In this document: piece by piece, positions 55,662-64,000 of the stretch
Position numbering within the stretch: position 1 is the first letter of the stretch
Layout of the letters: each line of letters opens with the position of its first letter
Sequence record: NC_004629.1
Reading direction: 5' to 3' (one strand)
Length of the DNA: 64,000 nt
Translations under genes and position numbers: made by a program
Notes under the pieces: model-generated
What the model saw: the letters and a program-made list of their open reading frames with translations, nothing else
Databases searched by the model: none
Told to the model about the DNA's origin: nothing

Positions 55662-56195
55662 ATGACCCAAGTTCTGGTTATGCCAAAAGCTGTTTTTGAA
55701 TCATATAAAACAGCAGGTGTACAATTTAACAAATTGTTAGACACCAACTATATAGTTTCCGAAACCTCCGTAAATGATCTTGCGGAGATACATCAGGCTT
55801 TAACTGCTTTCCCCTTTCTATTACCAGAAAAACTAGATATTAAGTTAGCAGTAAGCCCGATAATCAAAGTTGCTGAGTTAGGTGAAATAGACGGTCCTGA
55901 ACAATTTAAGATGAAGGATTTACACAATCGTTTAGAGAGCCGCCTAGCGACTAATGAACTTAGGGATGCAGGTAACCGTAATTTAGTGTACGATTATTAC
56001 CTATATCCTGTAGATGAGAATCTGTGGGTTGCGGTGCAGCAGAGTGCGCACATTGCAAGTAGCGATCCTAGACGTGTCTCAATTCAACTTAACCATACTT
56101 TCTTTGATAGTATGATAAATGAAATGTTGAACACCCGCCCACGTGAATCCGTGGCGTCAACACAAATTTTTACCTATTATTTGGAGAGCTGCTAG
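55662..56195 (+). CDS. Minor capsid protein (gp119)
   Basis: 177 aa immediately upstream of the major capsid gene; TATG at about 55612. Confidence 0.7.
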   Translation: MTQVLVMPKAVFESYKTAGVQFNKLLDTNYIVSETSVNDLAEIHQALTAFPFLLPEKLDIKLAVSPIIKVAELGEIDGPEQFKMKDLHNRLESRLATNELRDAGNRNLVYDYYLYPVDENLWVAVQQSAHIASSDPRRVSIQLNHTFFDSMINEMLNTRPRESVASTQIFTYYLESC

Positions 56196-56267
56196 GTTGA
56201 TTCCGGAAAAGATGCTTAGTAGACCCAAATTTTTAAACCAAAAACTCATCCTACGTAGGAATAAAAA

Positions 56268-58511
56268 ATGAGCGTACATGCCCTAAGAGAACTGTTTAAA
56301 CACAAAGGCGAAAAGAATTACGAAGTCTTCTCAATGGAAGATTTCATTGGCCGCCTAGAAAGTGAAATTGGTCTAAATGACAGCGTTGTTAGTCAAGGTC
56401 GTTCCCTTATTAGCAGCATTTCACATGAAAACTTCGGTACCGTGCAAGCTACCGACATTCAAGATGCCGCTGCAATTTATAACAAAATGCAAATGCTCGT
56501 TAACGACTATGGTTTCGAACGAGTAAGTTCCAGTGATCCTCAAGTACGTGCTCGTGAAGAACGTGTCCGTGAGAACCAAATCACTGCTGCTACCATGGCT
56601 GCTATCGCCTGTGCTGATGAAACTAAATATATCCGTGCACTACGTGGTATTACCAAAGCTAAAGCTTCTAATGAAGATCATGTTAAGGTTGTACAGCATC
56701 AGTTCAATGGCCCTGCTGGTGGCATTCAAGTATTCGAAAATGGTGTTGGCCTAGAGAACTATAACGAGAAGTCACAGCGTGATTTCCGTGTTGTAACTAT
56801 TGGTTATAACCTAGCTGCTAGCCGTCAGGATGAATTCGCTGAGCGTATCTATCCGACCACCGTTATCAACCCGATTGAAGGTGGTGTTGTTCAGGTTCTT
56901 CCTTACATCGCTGTAATGAAAGACGTTTACCACGAAGTATCCGGCGTTAAGATGGATAACGAAGAAGTGAACATGGTAGAAGCCTATCGTGATCCTTCCA
57001 TCCTCGACGACGAAAGCATTGCACTAATTCCTGCCCTAGATCCGGCTGGTTCCAATGCTGACTTCTTCGTAGACCCGGCTCTTGTTCCTCCGTACACCAT
57101 CAAGAACGAGCAGAATCTAACTATCACTACTGCTCCGCTAAAAGCGAACGTACGTCTTGATCTAATGGGTAACTCCAATGCTAACCTACTCATTCAGCGT
57201 GGCATGCTTGAAGTTTCTGACACCATTGATCCGGCTGGTCGTCTAAAGAACCTATTCGTTCTACTCGGCGGTAAAGTTGTTAAGTTCAAGGTTGACCGTC
57301 TACCTCGCGCTGTGTTCCAGCCCGATCTAGTTGGTGATACCCGGAACGCAGTTATCCGTTTCGATAGCGATGACCTTGTTGTTAGTGGCGATACCACTTT
57401 CATCGACGGTTCAGCTGATGGCGTTATTAACGACCTTAAGACTGCTAAACTAAGCCTACGTCTAAGCGTTGGTTTTGGTGGTACTATCAGCCTATCCAAA
57501 GGCGATTCTAAGTTTGGTGCTACCGACACTTACGTCGATAAAGTTCTAAACGAAGATGGCCAGGTAATGGATAATGCTGACCCGGCTGTTAAAGCTATTC
57601 TAGATCAGCTAACTGACCTAGCTGTTATCGGTTTCGAACTAGATACTCGCTTCACCAACACTAACCGTCGTCAGCGTGGTCACCTACTACAGACCCGTGC
57701 ACTACAGTTCCGTCATCCGATCCCGATGCACGCTCCTGTAACTCTACCGATGGACACCATGACCGATGAAGGTCCGGGTGAGGTTGTTAAAGCTCTAACT
57801 GTTAACACCAACATCCGTAACAGCAACAACGCTGTTAAGCGCATGCTTAACTACCTTGCTCAACTACGTGAAGTTGTACACAATGGTTACAACCGTCCGA
57901 AGTTTGGTATCATCGAAGGTGCACTATCCGCTGTAATGCGTCCGACCTATCGTTACAAAGAACTAGATCTTGAGAAAGTCATCGACACCATCAAGTCTAA
58001 AGATCGTTGGGACGACGTTTGCGCTGCGATCCTAAACTGTGTTAAAGCTGAGCTATTCCCGGCTCACCGTGATTCCAACATTGAAGCTGCCTTCCGTGTT
58101 ATCTCCGGTAACCAGGATGAAACTCCGATGTATCTCTTCTGCTCCGACAAAGAGATTGCTAACTATCTAATGACTAAAGGTGACGACCGTACTCTAGGTG
58201 CTTATCTCAAGTACGATATCGTTTCCACCAACAACCAGCTATTTGATGGTAAGCTAGTTGTAATTCCGACCCGCGCAGTACAACAAGAAAACGACATCCT
58301 CTCCTGGGGCCAGTTCTTCTACGTATCTACTGTTATCGCTGACCTACCGATCACTCGTGGTGGTCACCAGGTTACTCGCGAAATCGCGGCCATTCCGTTC
58401 AACCTACACGTCAACAACATTCCGTTCGCGCTAGAGTTCAAGATCACTGGCTTCCAGAAAGTCATGGGCGAAACTCAGTTCAACGGTAAGCTTGCTGATC
58501 TTAAGCCGTGA
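56268..58511 (+). CDS. gp120: Major capsid protein (gp120)
   Basis: 747 aa; recognised sequence with GLE|NY maturation site; strong codon bias. Confidence 0.95.
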   Translation: MSVHALRELFKHKGEKNYEVFSMEDFIGRLESEIGLNDSVVSQGRSLISSISHENFGTVQATDIQDAAAIYNKMQMLVNDYGFERVSSSDPQVRAREERVRENQITAATMAAIACADETKYIRALRGITKAKASNEDHVKVVQHQFNGPAGGIQVFENGVGLENYNEKSQRDFRVVTIGYNLAASRQDEFAERIYPTTVINPIEGGVVQVLPYIAVMKDVYHEVSGVKMDNEEVNMVEAYRDPSILDDESIALIPALDPAGSNADFFVDPALVPPYTIKNEQNLTITTAPLKANVRLDLMGNSNANLLIQRGMLEVSDTIDPAGRLKNLFVLLGGKVVKFKVDRLPRAVFQPDLVGDTRNAVIRFDSDDLVVSGDTTFIDGSADGVINDLKTAKLSLRLSVGFGGTISLSKGDSKFGATDTYVDKVLNEDGQVMDNADPAVKAILDQLTDLAVIGFELDTRFTNTNRRQRGHLLQTRALQFRHPIPMHAPVTLPMDTMTDEGPGEVVKALTVNTNIRNSNNAVKRMLNYLAQLREVVHNGYNRPKFGIIEGALSAVMRPTYRYKELDLEKVIDTIKSKDRWDDVCAAILNCVKAELFPAHRDSNIEAAFRVISGNQDETPMYLFCSDKEIANYLMTKGDDRTLGAYLKYDIVSTNNQLFDGKLVVIPTRAVQQENDILSWGQFFYVSTVIADLPITRGGHQVTREIAAIPFNLHVNNIPFALEFKITGFQKVMGETQFNGKLADLKP

Positions 58512-58592
58512 GCTGGAAAGGGTTACCGTTATCTAGAAAATGGGACTATCCGTTATTTGGAAGACGGTAATGCCCGGAAGTTAGAAGAGTAA
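58512..58592 (+). other. Candidate stop-codon read-through extension of the major capsid protein (26 codons)
   Basis: In frame after TGA: AGKGY RYLENGTI RYLEDGNA RKLEE*; lies upstream of the terminator. Confidence 0.6.
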
Positions 58593-58595
58593 CAG

Positions 58596-58627
58596 ACATA
58601 GGCCCTCCCTTCGGGGAGGGCTTTATG
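58596..58627 (+). terminator. ACATA-hairpin-TTTATG element ending the capsid transcript
   Basis: GCCCTCCC-TTCG-GGGAGGGC. Confidence 0.85.
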
Positions 58628-58647
58628 TTGTATTACATTAAAAAAAG

Positions 58648-58670
58648 TTTAAGATCTATATTACAGTAAT
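58648..58670 (+). promoter_or_regulatory. Early promoter upstream of the gp121-gp124 operon
   Basis: TTTAAGATCTATATTACAG; TATATTAC at 58657-58664. Confidence 0.8.
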
Positions 58671-58707
58671 GATCATGATCTTCTAATTTAAAAATAGGTT
58701 AATCCAA

Positions 58708-59160
58708 ATGAACGTTCAATTATTTCCAGAAGTCATCGAAAGATGGCAAGATGCCCTAAGGGTATCTCTTATAGAAAAAAATACCATGGTAGATAATAAG
58801 ATGTCTACCGTAGATGATGATAAATACATTAATACTTTCTTTGAAGAATTCCATCCTGTTCAGGATGCCTTTATGCCCAAAGGGCTAGAGGACTTTATTA
58901 CTGATTATGCCAAGAAAAACATTGAGGAGATCCTTCAAGAAAAACAGTTTAAGCGGGCCACCGAAAAGTTATATTGTTCGAGTGACCCGCATAAATGGCA
59001 GAAATCAAGTAATAAGGAAAAGAGTGAATCCTTTAAGGGAAGGTCCGTACATCAAACTAAAAAGAGGCTCCCCAACATTGTAGATTTGGAGGCCGTTGTG
59101 ATTAAGGTAGATTTCAATGGTAACACTAAAAATTGCGGGGCTTACTCAAGTATCAGTTAA
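58708..59160 (+). CDS. Hypothetical protein (gp121 by synteny)
   Basis: 150 aa with AATAGG RBS. Confidence 0.7.
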   Translation: MNVQLFPEVIERWQDALRVSLIEKNTMVDNKMSTVDDDKYINTFFEEFHPVQDAFMPKGLEDFITDYAKKNIEEILQEKQFKRATEKLYCSSDPHKWQKSSNKEKSESFKGRSVHQTKKRLPNIVDLEAVVIKVDFNGNTKNCGAYSSIS

Positions 59161-60199
59161 GCCTACTATCGATCACCCGTATGATAAGAAATCGGGAACT
59201 GCATACACTAAGGGTGATCCATACGCTAATTGGAATCTCCCTGTCTCACGTTTTGTTGAGTATCGGAATGAATCATTTCATCGTATTACTGTAGTCGATT
59301 CATCTGGTCACGCTATCAATATTGGGACATCCCGTAAGTATGTAATGTCTAATAGACTAGTAGTTAAGGTCATTTACCGATGGAGTGGTGATGATAGTTT
59401 TAACTATGAAGTTATGGCTAAATCTATTCCAGGTTTTACACCTGAGGAAATGTTAGAATATATTCAGTCATTTAGTCGACAGACATTCGATCAGTTTAAT
59501 AACCAGCTATCTGAGATTACTATTTGGTATTCAATTGACTTATCAAAACTAGTAGATCAGTATCATGGCGGTTGGATTCAGAGTTTAGGTATCCAAGTAT
59601 TTAAAACTGAGTATAGTCAGTATTTTGAATTTTATCCAAATAGAAATATTAGTCCTCCTGGTTACAGCGGACTTAGTCCAGAAGAAGAAGCACTTTCTAA
59701 TCAAGTATGGAATGAAACATATTCTTTAACGTATAATACTGACATCAATAAACCAGATAAATTGTTTTATGTAATGGCTGGCAGAATTATGGCCATTGAG
59801 TCAATCTATAATCCATCATTAGATCCTGGTCTTATTGTTAATATCCGTGGTAAGCATGGGTGTATCAGTCATAATGGCGAAAAGAGATATGTAATACCTC
59901 CTGAACAGTTCCATGAAAATGGTTTCTTTAGAACACATGAAGAAGCTGCTGCAATGGTTGGAATTAAAGATAAGAAAGTTATTGAACGTCTTAAGACTGC
60001 GCTCTTAACAGCAGCTGATATTAAGGAAAGGGAAGCCCAGGAAAAAGCAGCTGGTACGTTTGATAAAGAATTCAAACCAAAAGATGTTGTATTGATTCAT
60101 GGTCTAAAATGGGGTGATCTAAACTCCATTGCCTCTGATCTAGTATCATCCATTAAAATTGTAGGTTCACTGATGGATTTAATTTTGCCAAAAGTTTAG
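59117..60199 (+). CDS. Conserved hypothetical protein (gp122 by synteny)
   Basis: 360-aa ORF. Confidence 0.75.
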   Translation: MVTLKIAGLTQVSVKPTIDHPYDKKSGTAYTKGDPYANWNLPVSRFVEYRNESFHRITVVDSSGHAINIGTSRKYVMSNRLVVKVIYRWSGDDSFNYEVMAKSIPGFTPEEMLEYIQSFSRQTFDQFNNQLSEITIWYSIDLSKLVDQYHGGWIQSLGIQVFKTEYSQYFEFYPNRNISPPGYSGLSPEEEALSNQVWNETYSLTYNTDINKPDKLFYVMAGRIMAIESIYNPSLDPGLIVNIRGKHGCISHNGEKRYVIPPEQFHENGFFRTHEEAAAMVGIKDKKVIERLKTALLTAADIKEREAQEKAAGTFDKEFKPKDVVLIHGLKWGDLNSIASDLVSSIKIVGSLMDLILPKV

Positions 60200-60208
60200 G
60201 AGTTTATA

Positions 60209-61840
60209 ATGCCGGATCCATTTCTAATTGAAAAGATTCGTGAAAATACGCCTTGCATGAATCCAACACTAGCAAATGGTATCACAGTCGAACACACCAT
60301 GACTCGTGATCCAAATACTGGTGTTAATATGACCAGGCGTTATATTGATTCTTTATTTGATATCAGTTCAGTTCTATTTCCCGATGGCTTCAAATATGAA
60401 GGCAATCGTGCATGTACACCGCTTAAGCATTTTGAAGAGATTACTCGGGAATATAATGCTAAGCGTATTGCCAATATTGCTCCAACTGATATGTACATGA
60501 TTGACCTAATGTTTAGTTATAAAGGGGAAATGCTTTATCCTCGTCCAATGTTGTTACCAGCTTTTAAGAGAGGCAATATGGTAACTATCAATGGTGCGAA
60601 ATATATCGGTTCACCAGTATTAACTGATGTTGGGTTCTCTGTACTTAATGATAGCATCTTCATCCCGTTTCGTCGTACTAAGCTAACCTTTAAACAAACT
60701 GACCACCATTACATGTGCAATGGTCAGCGTAAAATCATGTATGTGATCTGGTCACAGATTCACAATGAAATGGCTAAGCGTACTAAACGAGATCTGGATA
60801 ATCGACCACATATTGAGTCATGTTTAGCTCATTATTTCTTCTGTCAGTTTGGAGTAACTCAAACTTTCAAACAATGGGCTAATGTAGATGTTAAGTGTGG
60901 ACTGCTGTCTGATTTTCCTGAAGAAGAATATCCACGTGAAAAGTGGAATATTTATTCCAGTGCAACATTAAAAGGCAAACATCCCACCGGTGAAATGGTT
61001 CTTGTTATACCTCGTCATCAAGAATCTATTTTTGCCACACGACTTATCGCTGGTTTCTGGTATGTGGTCGATGCATTTCCAATGCGGTTTACTCGACCTG
61101 AATATGTAGATAGTACCAACTTATGGCGTGTTATCCTAGGTCACATGGTGTTTGGTGATTTTGAGCACCAAGGTAAAGTAGAGGAAAACATTGATTCACA
61201 CCTACACAGTTTCTGTAATTCACTAGACGAAATGACTATTGAAGAACTTAAAACAGTTGGTGTCAATGTAAGTACTATTTGGGAACTTCTTTACGAGATC
61301 ATGACTAGTTTGGCTCATCATCTTTATGCTACTGATATTGATGAAACTAGTATGTATGGTAAAAGGTTAACAGTACTGCATTACTTGATGTCAGAGTTTA
61401 ACTATGCTGTAAGTATGTTTGGTTATATGTTCCAGTCTAGGCGTGATCGTGAATGGACTGTACAAGAGCTAAACGAAGGTTTAAAACGTTCTTTTAAACT
61501 ACAGACAGCTATTAAACGATTAACAGTGGACCATGGTGAACTCGATACAATGAGTAATCCAAACTCCAGTATGTTGATTAAAGGGACATCTATCCTAGTT
61601 ACACAGGATCGCGCTAAAACAGCTAAGGCTCATAATAAGTCTCTAATCAATGACTCATCTAGGATTATTCACGCATCTATTGCTGAGGTAGGTCAATATA
61701 AAAACCAACCTAAGAACAACCCGGATGGTCGAGGTAGGCTTAATATGTATACCAAAGTGGGTCCAACTGGACTAGTTGAACGTCGTGAAGAAGTGCGTGA
61801 AATAATTGACAACGCTCAATTAATGTTCCGTGCAAAATAA
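60209..61840 (+). CDS. gp123: Non-virion RNA polymerase beta subunit, N-terminal part (gp123)
   Basis: 543 aa; LPAFKRGNMVTINGAKY; C-terminal IHASIAEVG...PDGRG..LN beta homology. Confidence 0.9.
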   Translation: MPDPFLIEKIRENTPCMNPTLANGITVEHTMTRDPNTGVNMTRRYIDSLFDISSVLFPDGFKYEGNRACTPLKHFEEITREYNAKRIANIAPTDMYMIDLMFSYKGEMLYPRPMLLPAFKRGNMVTINGAKYIGSPVLTDVGFSVLNDSIFIPFRRTKLTFKQTDHHYMCNGQRKIMYVIWSQIHNEMAKRTKRDLDNRPHIESCLAHYFFCQFGVTQTFKQWANVDVKCGLLSDFPEEEYPREKWNIYSSATLKGKHPTGEMVLVIPRHQESIFATRLIAGFWYVVDAFPMRFTRPEYVDSTNLWRVILGHMVFGDFEHQGKVEENIDSHLHSFCNSLDEMTIEELKTVGVNVSTIWELLYEIMTSLAHHLYATDIDETSMYGKRLTVLHYLMSEFNYAVSMFGYMFQSRRDREWTVQELNEGLKRSFKLQTAIKRLTVDHGELDTMSNPNSSMLIKGTSILVTQDRAKTAKAHNKSLINDSSRIIHASIAEVGQYKNQPKNNPDGRGRLNMYTKVGPTGLVERREEVREIIDNAQLMFRAK

Positions 61841-61875
61841 ATTAAATCTTTAACTACTTAATAGGTATTATTCAC

Positions 61876-64000
61876 ATGAACTATGCACAGTACAATCTAC
61901 CTGTCGATTTTGAGAGTGTAGATACCAGTACTTTCGATCCTAACCTACCTAATGGGAATTATCTGTTTAGCCTACCGCTACAGTTATCACCACATCAACA
62001 ACATCCTCAACTACAACCATATTTCAATGGTGTAATTGGGCTGTTCCGGCTGAATGCTCAAAATGCTGCTACTACCACCCAGCTTCATGCATTTGCGTAT
62101 AATCTGCTATCTAGTAATGGTTTTCAGAATAACTATTATCAGCAGTGGGCTCAGAAAGTTATTGACTTTCTAGAGTTTCTATTTATTCATCGTCAAATGG
62201 TGAATAACCCACAGCAGGCAATGCAGCAAGCTGCATCTCTAGTATGGTCTGGTTTTGTTGGTAAATGTGCTCAAACCTTCCCGCAGCTACAAAGTCTAGT
62301 TCAACATCTAATGCCGAATATCCAACAGGCACTTGGTGTAATCGGGCAGATTGAATCAGATATCCAAAAGATGCGTATGGGTGGTAACACCATGATGCAG
62401 GGTGGATATCAACAACCTGGTGTACAGCCTGGAAGTTTCCCTGGAATGGGTGCAGCAATGGGTCGTCCTGGCATGAGTTCACAACTACCTCCAATTAACG
62501 CAGGTATCCAACAGACCTATGGTCAACCGGCTACCATGGCTAATCCGCAGCTGAACATTCCAGGGGCATATACACCAACAACTAATCATGACACTGGTCC
62601 ATCAATTGCAAATGCTGCATATGACGTACCTGGTTCTTCTCCTTTCCTGGAAAACAAACCAGTCATGCAACCTAAAGACTCTTGGGGTGCCACTGTTGAA
62701 GTATCTCCAAATAGTAGTTATGATACAATCCCTGGTGGAGGTGATGTAATGATTCTACCTGAACTACAACAAAATGCAAATACTGTAACTAATGATAATA
62801 CGGATCTACCCATCCCTCAAGATGTGAAAGAACTCGTATTCGATCCGAACTATTATGTACCCAATGGATTTGTAATTAATAAAGATCGTCCGATGGATGT
62901 TATCTATAATCCAGGTGGCATTGAAATCCGACCTGCTCATCTAGTTGCAGATAAACCTGATTGGGTACGTACTGCTAGTTCAGCTAATCCATACAGCATC
63001 CTAATGGATCCGGCAGTATATTGTCGCTTCCTTGCTAAATGGCCTGATAACACTGTACATGAAGTATATCGTAAGTGGGAGAATCACATGGAAATGGATT
63101 ATCTAAAGCATGAGCTTCAAGATGATCTCCGTCGTCAAGCACATCGTGGTGGTGGTGCGCGTACTGCAACCAGTTATAAGCTATCTACCATTATGGGTGA
63201 TGCCAAACCGGTTAAAGAAGTAGCCGAAGAGTTTTCACCAAATGATGCTGGGTTAACTGATAATCGTGAACATGATCCAGTTATCCTAGAAGGTTATATT
63301 GCTTGTGCAAATAATCTTGAAGCAGAAGCTGGTGCACTCAATGCAGTTCGTGAAGCACTTGAGCTAAGTGAAGATGATGTAGTTCCGGCACATGAGTATC
63401 GTGCAGCGTCGTCCCATCCATTTGATGCTTCAACTGAAGTTATGTATGAGATCGAGGATATTCGAAAAGAACCCGATCCGCATCTAATTGCAAAGCGCCT
63501 TAAGCAACTAATGCTAGATGGTAAGCTGACTCAACGCTACTATCGGTTCCTAGTTGAAAGGCTAACCAGTGCAGTTAATGAGTTCCTGGCTGATTCAATG
63601 AGTCAGAAGGTAACCATTGATGACTTCTGTGAAGATATCGGTGATCTTATCGCATATCTTATCGGTAAGAAAGGTAAGTCAGTAGCTGATAAATTTACCG
63701 CTAGTATTCCGTTTATTGTTGGACGGAGTATGTGTGTTAATATTGATCCAGAAGAAGGTAATTCTATTCTAGATCTATCAGTGCGTTTCCAAACTGGCTG
63801 GCGCCTTGAGGAACTATCCTGCCTAAATATTTATACCGAGAAAGCAGTACTTATCAGTAAACTTACCGAACCTAAGATTACTCAAGTAATCATGGGGATG
63901 GCAAAGCGCCTAAATAGCTCTAAAGATTCAGATGATGCACGTACACACAAAATGTACATTATCACTGCTGATGGATCTTATCTACAAGTTATTCGTGGCG
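61876..64000 (+). CDS. Large conserved protein with Q/G/P/M-rich disordered linker (gp124 by synteny); partial
   Basis: AATAGG RBS and ATG 61876; frame appears open to the window end (missed by the ORF track because it has no stop). Confidence 0.85.
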   Translation, partial: MNYAQYNLPVDFESVDTSTFDPNLPNGNYLFSLPLQLSPHQQHPQLQPYFNGVIGLFRLNAQNAATTTQLHAFAYNLLSSNGFQNNYYQQWAQKVIDFLEFLFIHRQMVNNPQQAMQQAASLVWSGFVGKCAQTFPQLQSLVQHLMPNIQQALGVIGQIESDIQKMRMGGNTMMQGGYQQPGVQPGSFPGMGAAMGRPGMSSQLPPINAGIQQTYGQPATMANPQLNIPGAYTPTTNHDTGPSIANAAYDVPGSSPFLENKPVMQPKDSWGATVEVSPNSSYDTIPGGGDVMILPELQQNANTVTNDNTDLPIPQDVKELVFDPNYYVPNGFVINKDRPMDVIYNPGGIEIRPAHLVADKPDWVRTASSANPYSILMDPAVYCRFLAKWPDNTVHEVYRKWENHMEMDYLKHELQDDLRRQAHRGGGARTATSYKLSTIMGDAKPVKEVAEEFSPNDAGLTDNREHDPVILEGYIACANNLEAEAGALNAVREALELSEDDVVPAHEYRAASSHPFDASTEVMYEIEDIRKEPDPHLIAKRLKQLMLDGKLTQRYYRFLVERLTSAVNEFLADSMSQKVTIDDFCEDIGDLIAYLIGKKGKSVADKFTASIPFIVGRSMCVNIDPEEGNSILDLSVRFQTGWRLEELSCLNIYTEKAVLISKLTEPKITQVIMGMAKRLNSSKDSDDARTHKMYIITADGSYLQVIRG

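Noticed and set aside
58512-58570. SECIS-like reading of the hairpin 11 nt after the capsid UGA
   Set aside because: The stem-loop is much larger than a minimal bacterial SECIS and no bulged-U/GU loop was recognised; kept only as a generic read-through stimulator.
62183-62494. 103-aa minus-strand ORF
   Set aside because: It is an antisense shadow of the long open plus-strand gp124 frame.

Overview
AT-rich, gene-dense segment of a nucleus-forming Pseudomonas jumbo phage: phiKZ or a very close Phikzvirus, covering roughly gp69 to gp124. The gp numbers come from recognised proteins plus synteny and my recall, not from a database search. In order, the window holds: the 3' end of probable PicA/Imp1 (gp69); non-virion RNAP beta-C split by a group I intron carrying an HNH homing endonuclease (gp71/72/73); nvRNAP beta'-C (gp74); an SF2 helicase; a cassette of early membrane microproteins; virion RNAP beta' (gp80); half of the split PolB (gp82); a kelch protein; a large head/inner-body/baseplate block (gp84-gp101); an accessory early-gene island with a DarG-like macrodomain and an orphan HigA-like HTH; a ~600 bp hairpin-rich non-coding region; DnaB (gp118); the major capsid protein (gp120); nvRNAP beta-N (gp123); and the 5' part of gp124. 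The strongest unexplained signals are (1) an in-frame, three-repeat 26-codon extension behind the capsid gene's UGA stop (candidate read-through), (2) a T_TTT_TTT -1 slippery site linking gp77 to a start-less downstream frame (lambda G/GT-like), (3) a hidden NADAR-like ORF starting at ATA and coupled to the DNA polymerase stop, (4) a recurring CATA-hairpin-TATG intergenic cassette and (5) the non-coding hairpin array near dnaB. No CRISPR array, rRNA or tRNA was recognised. Some apparent lesions could be sequencing errors.
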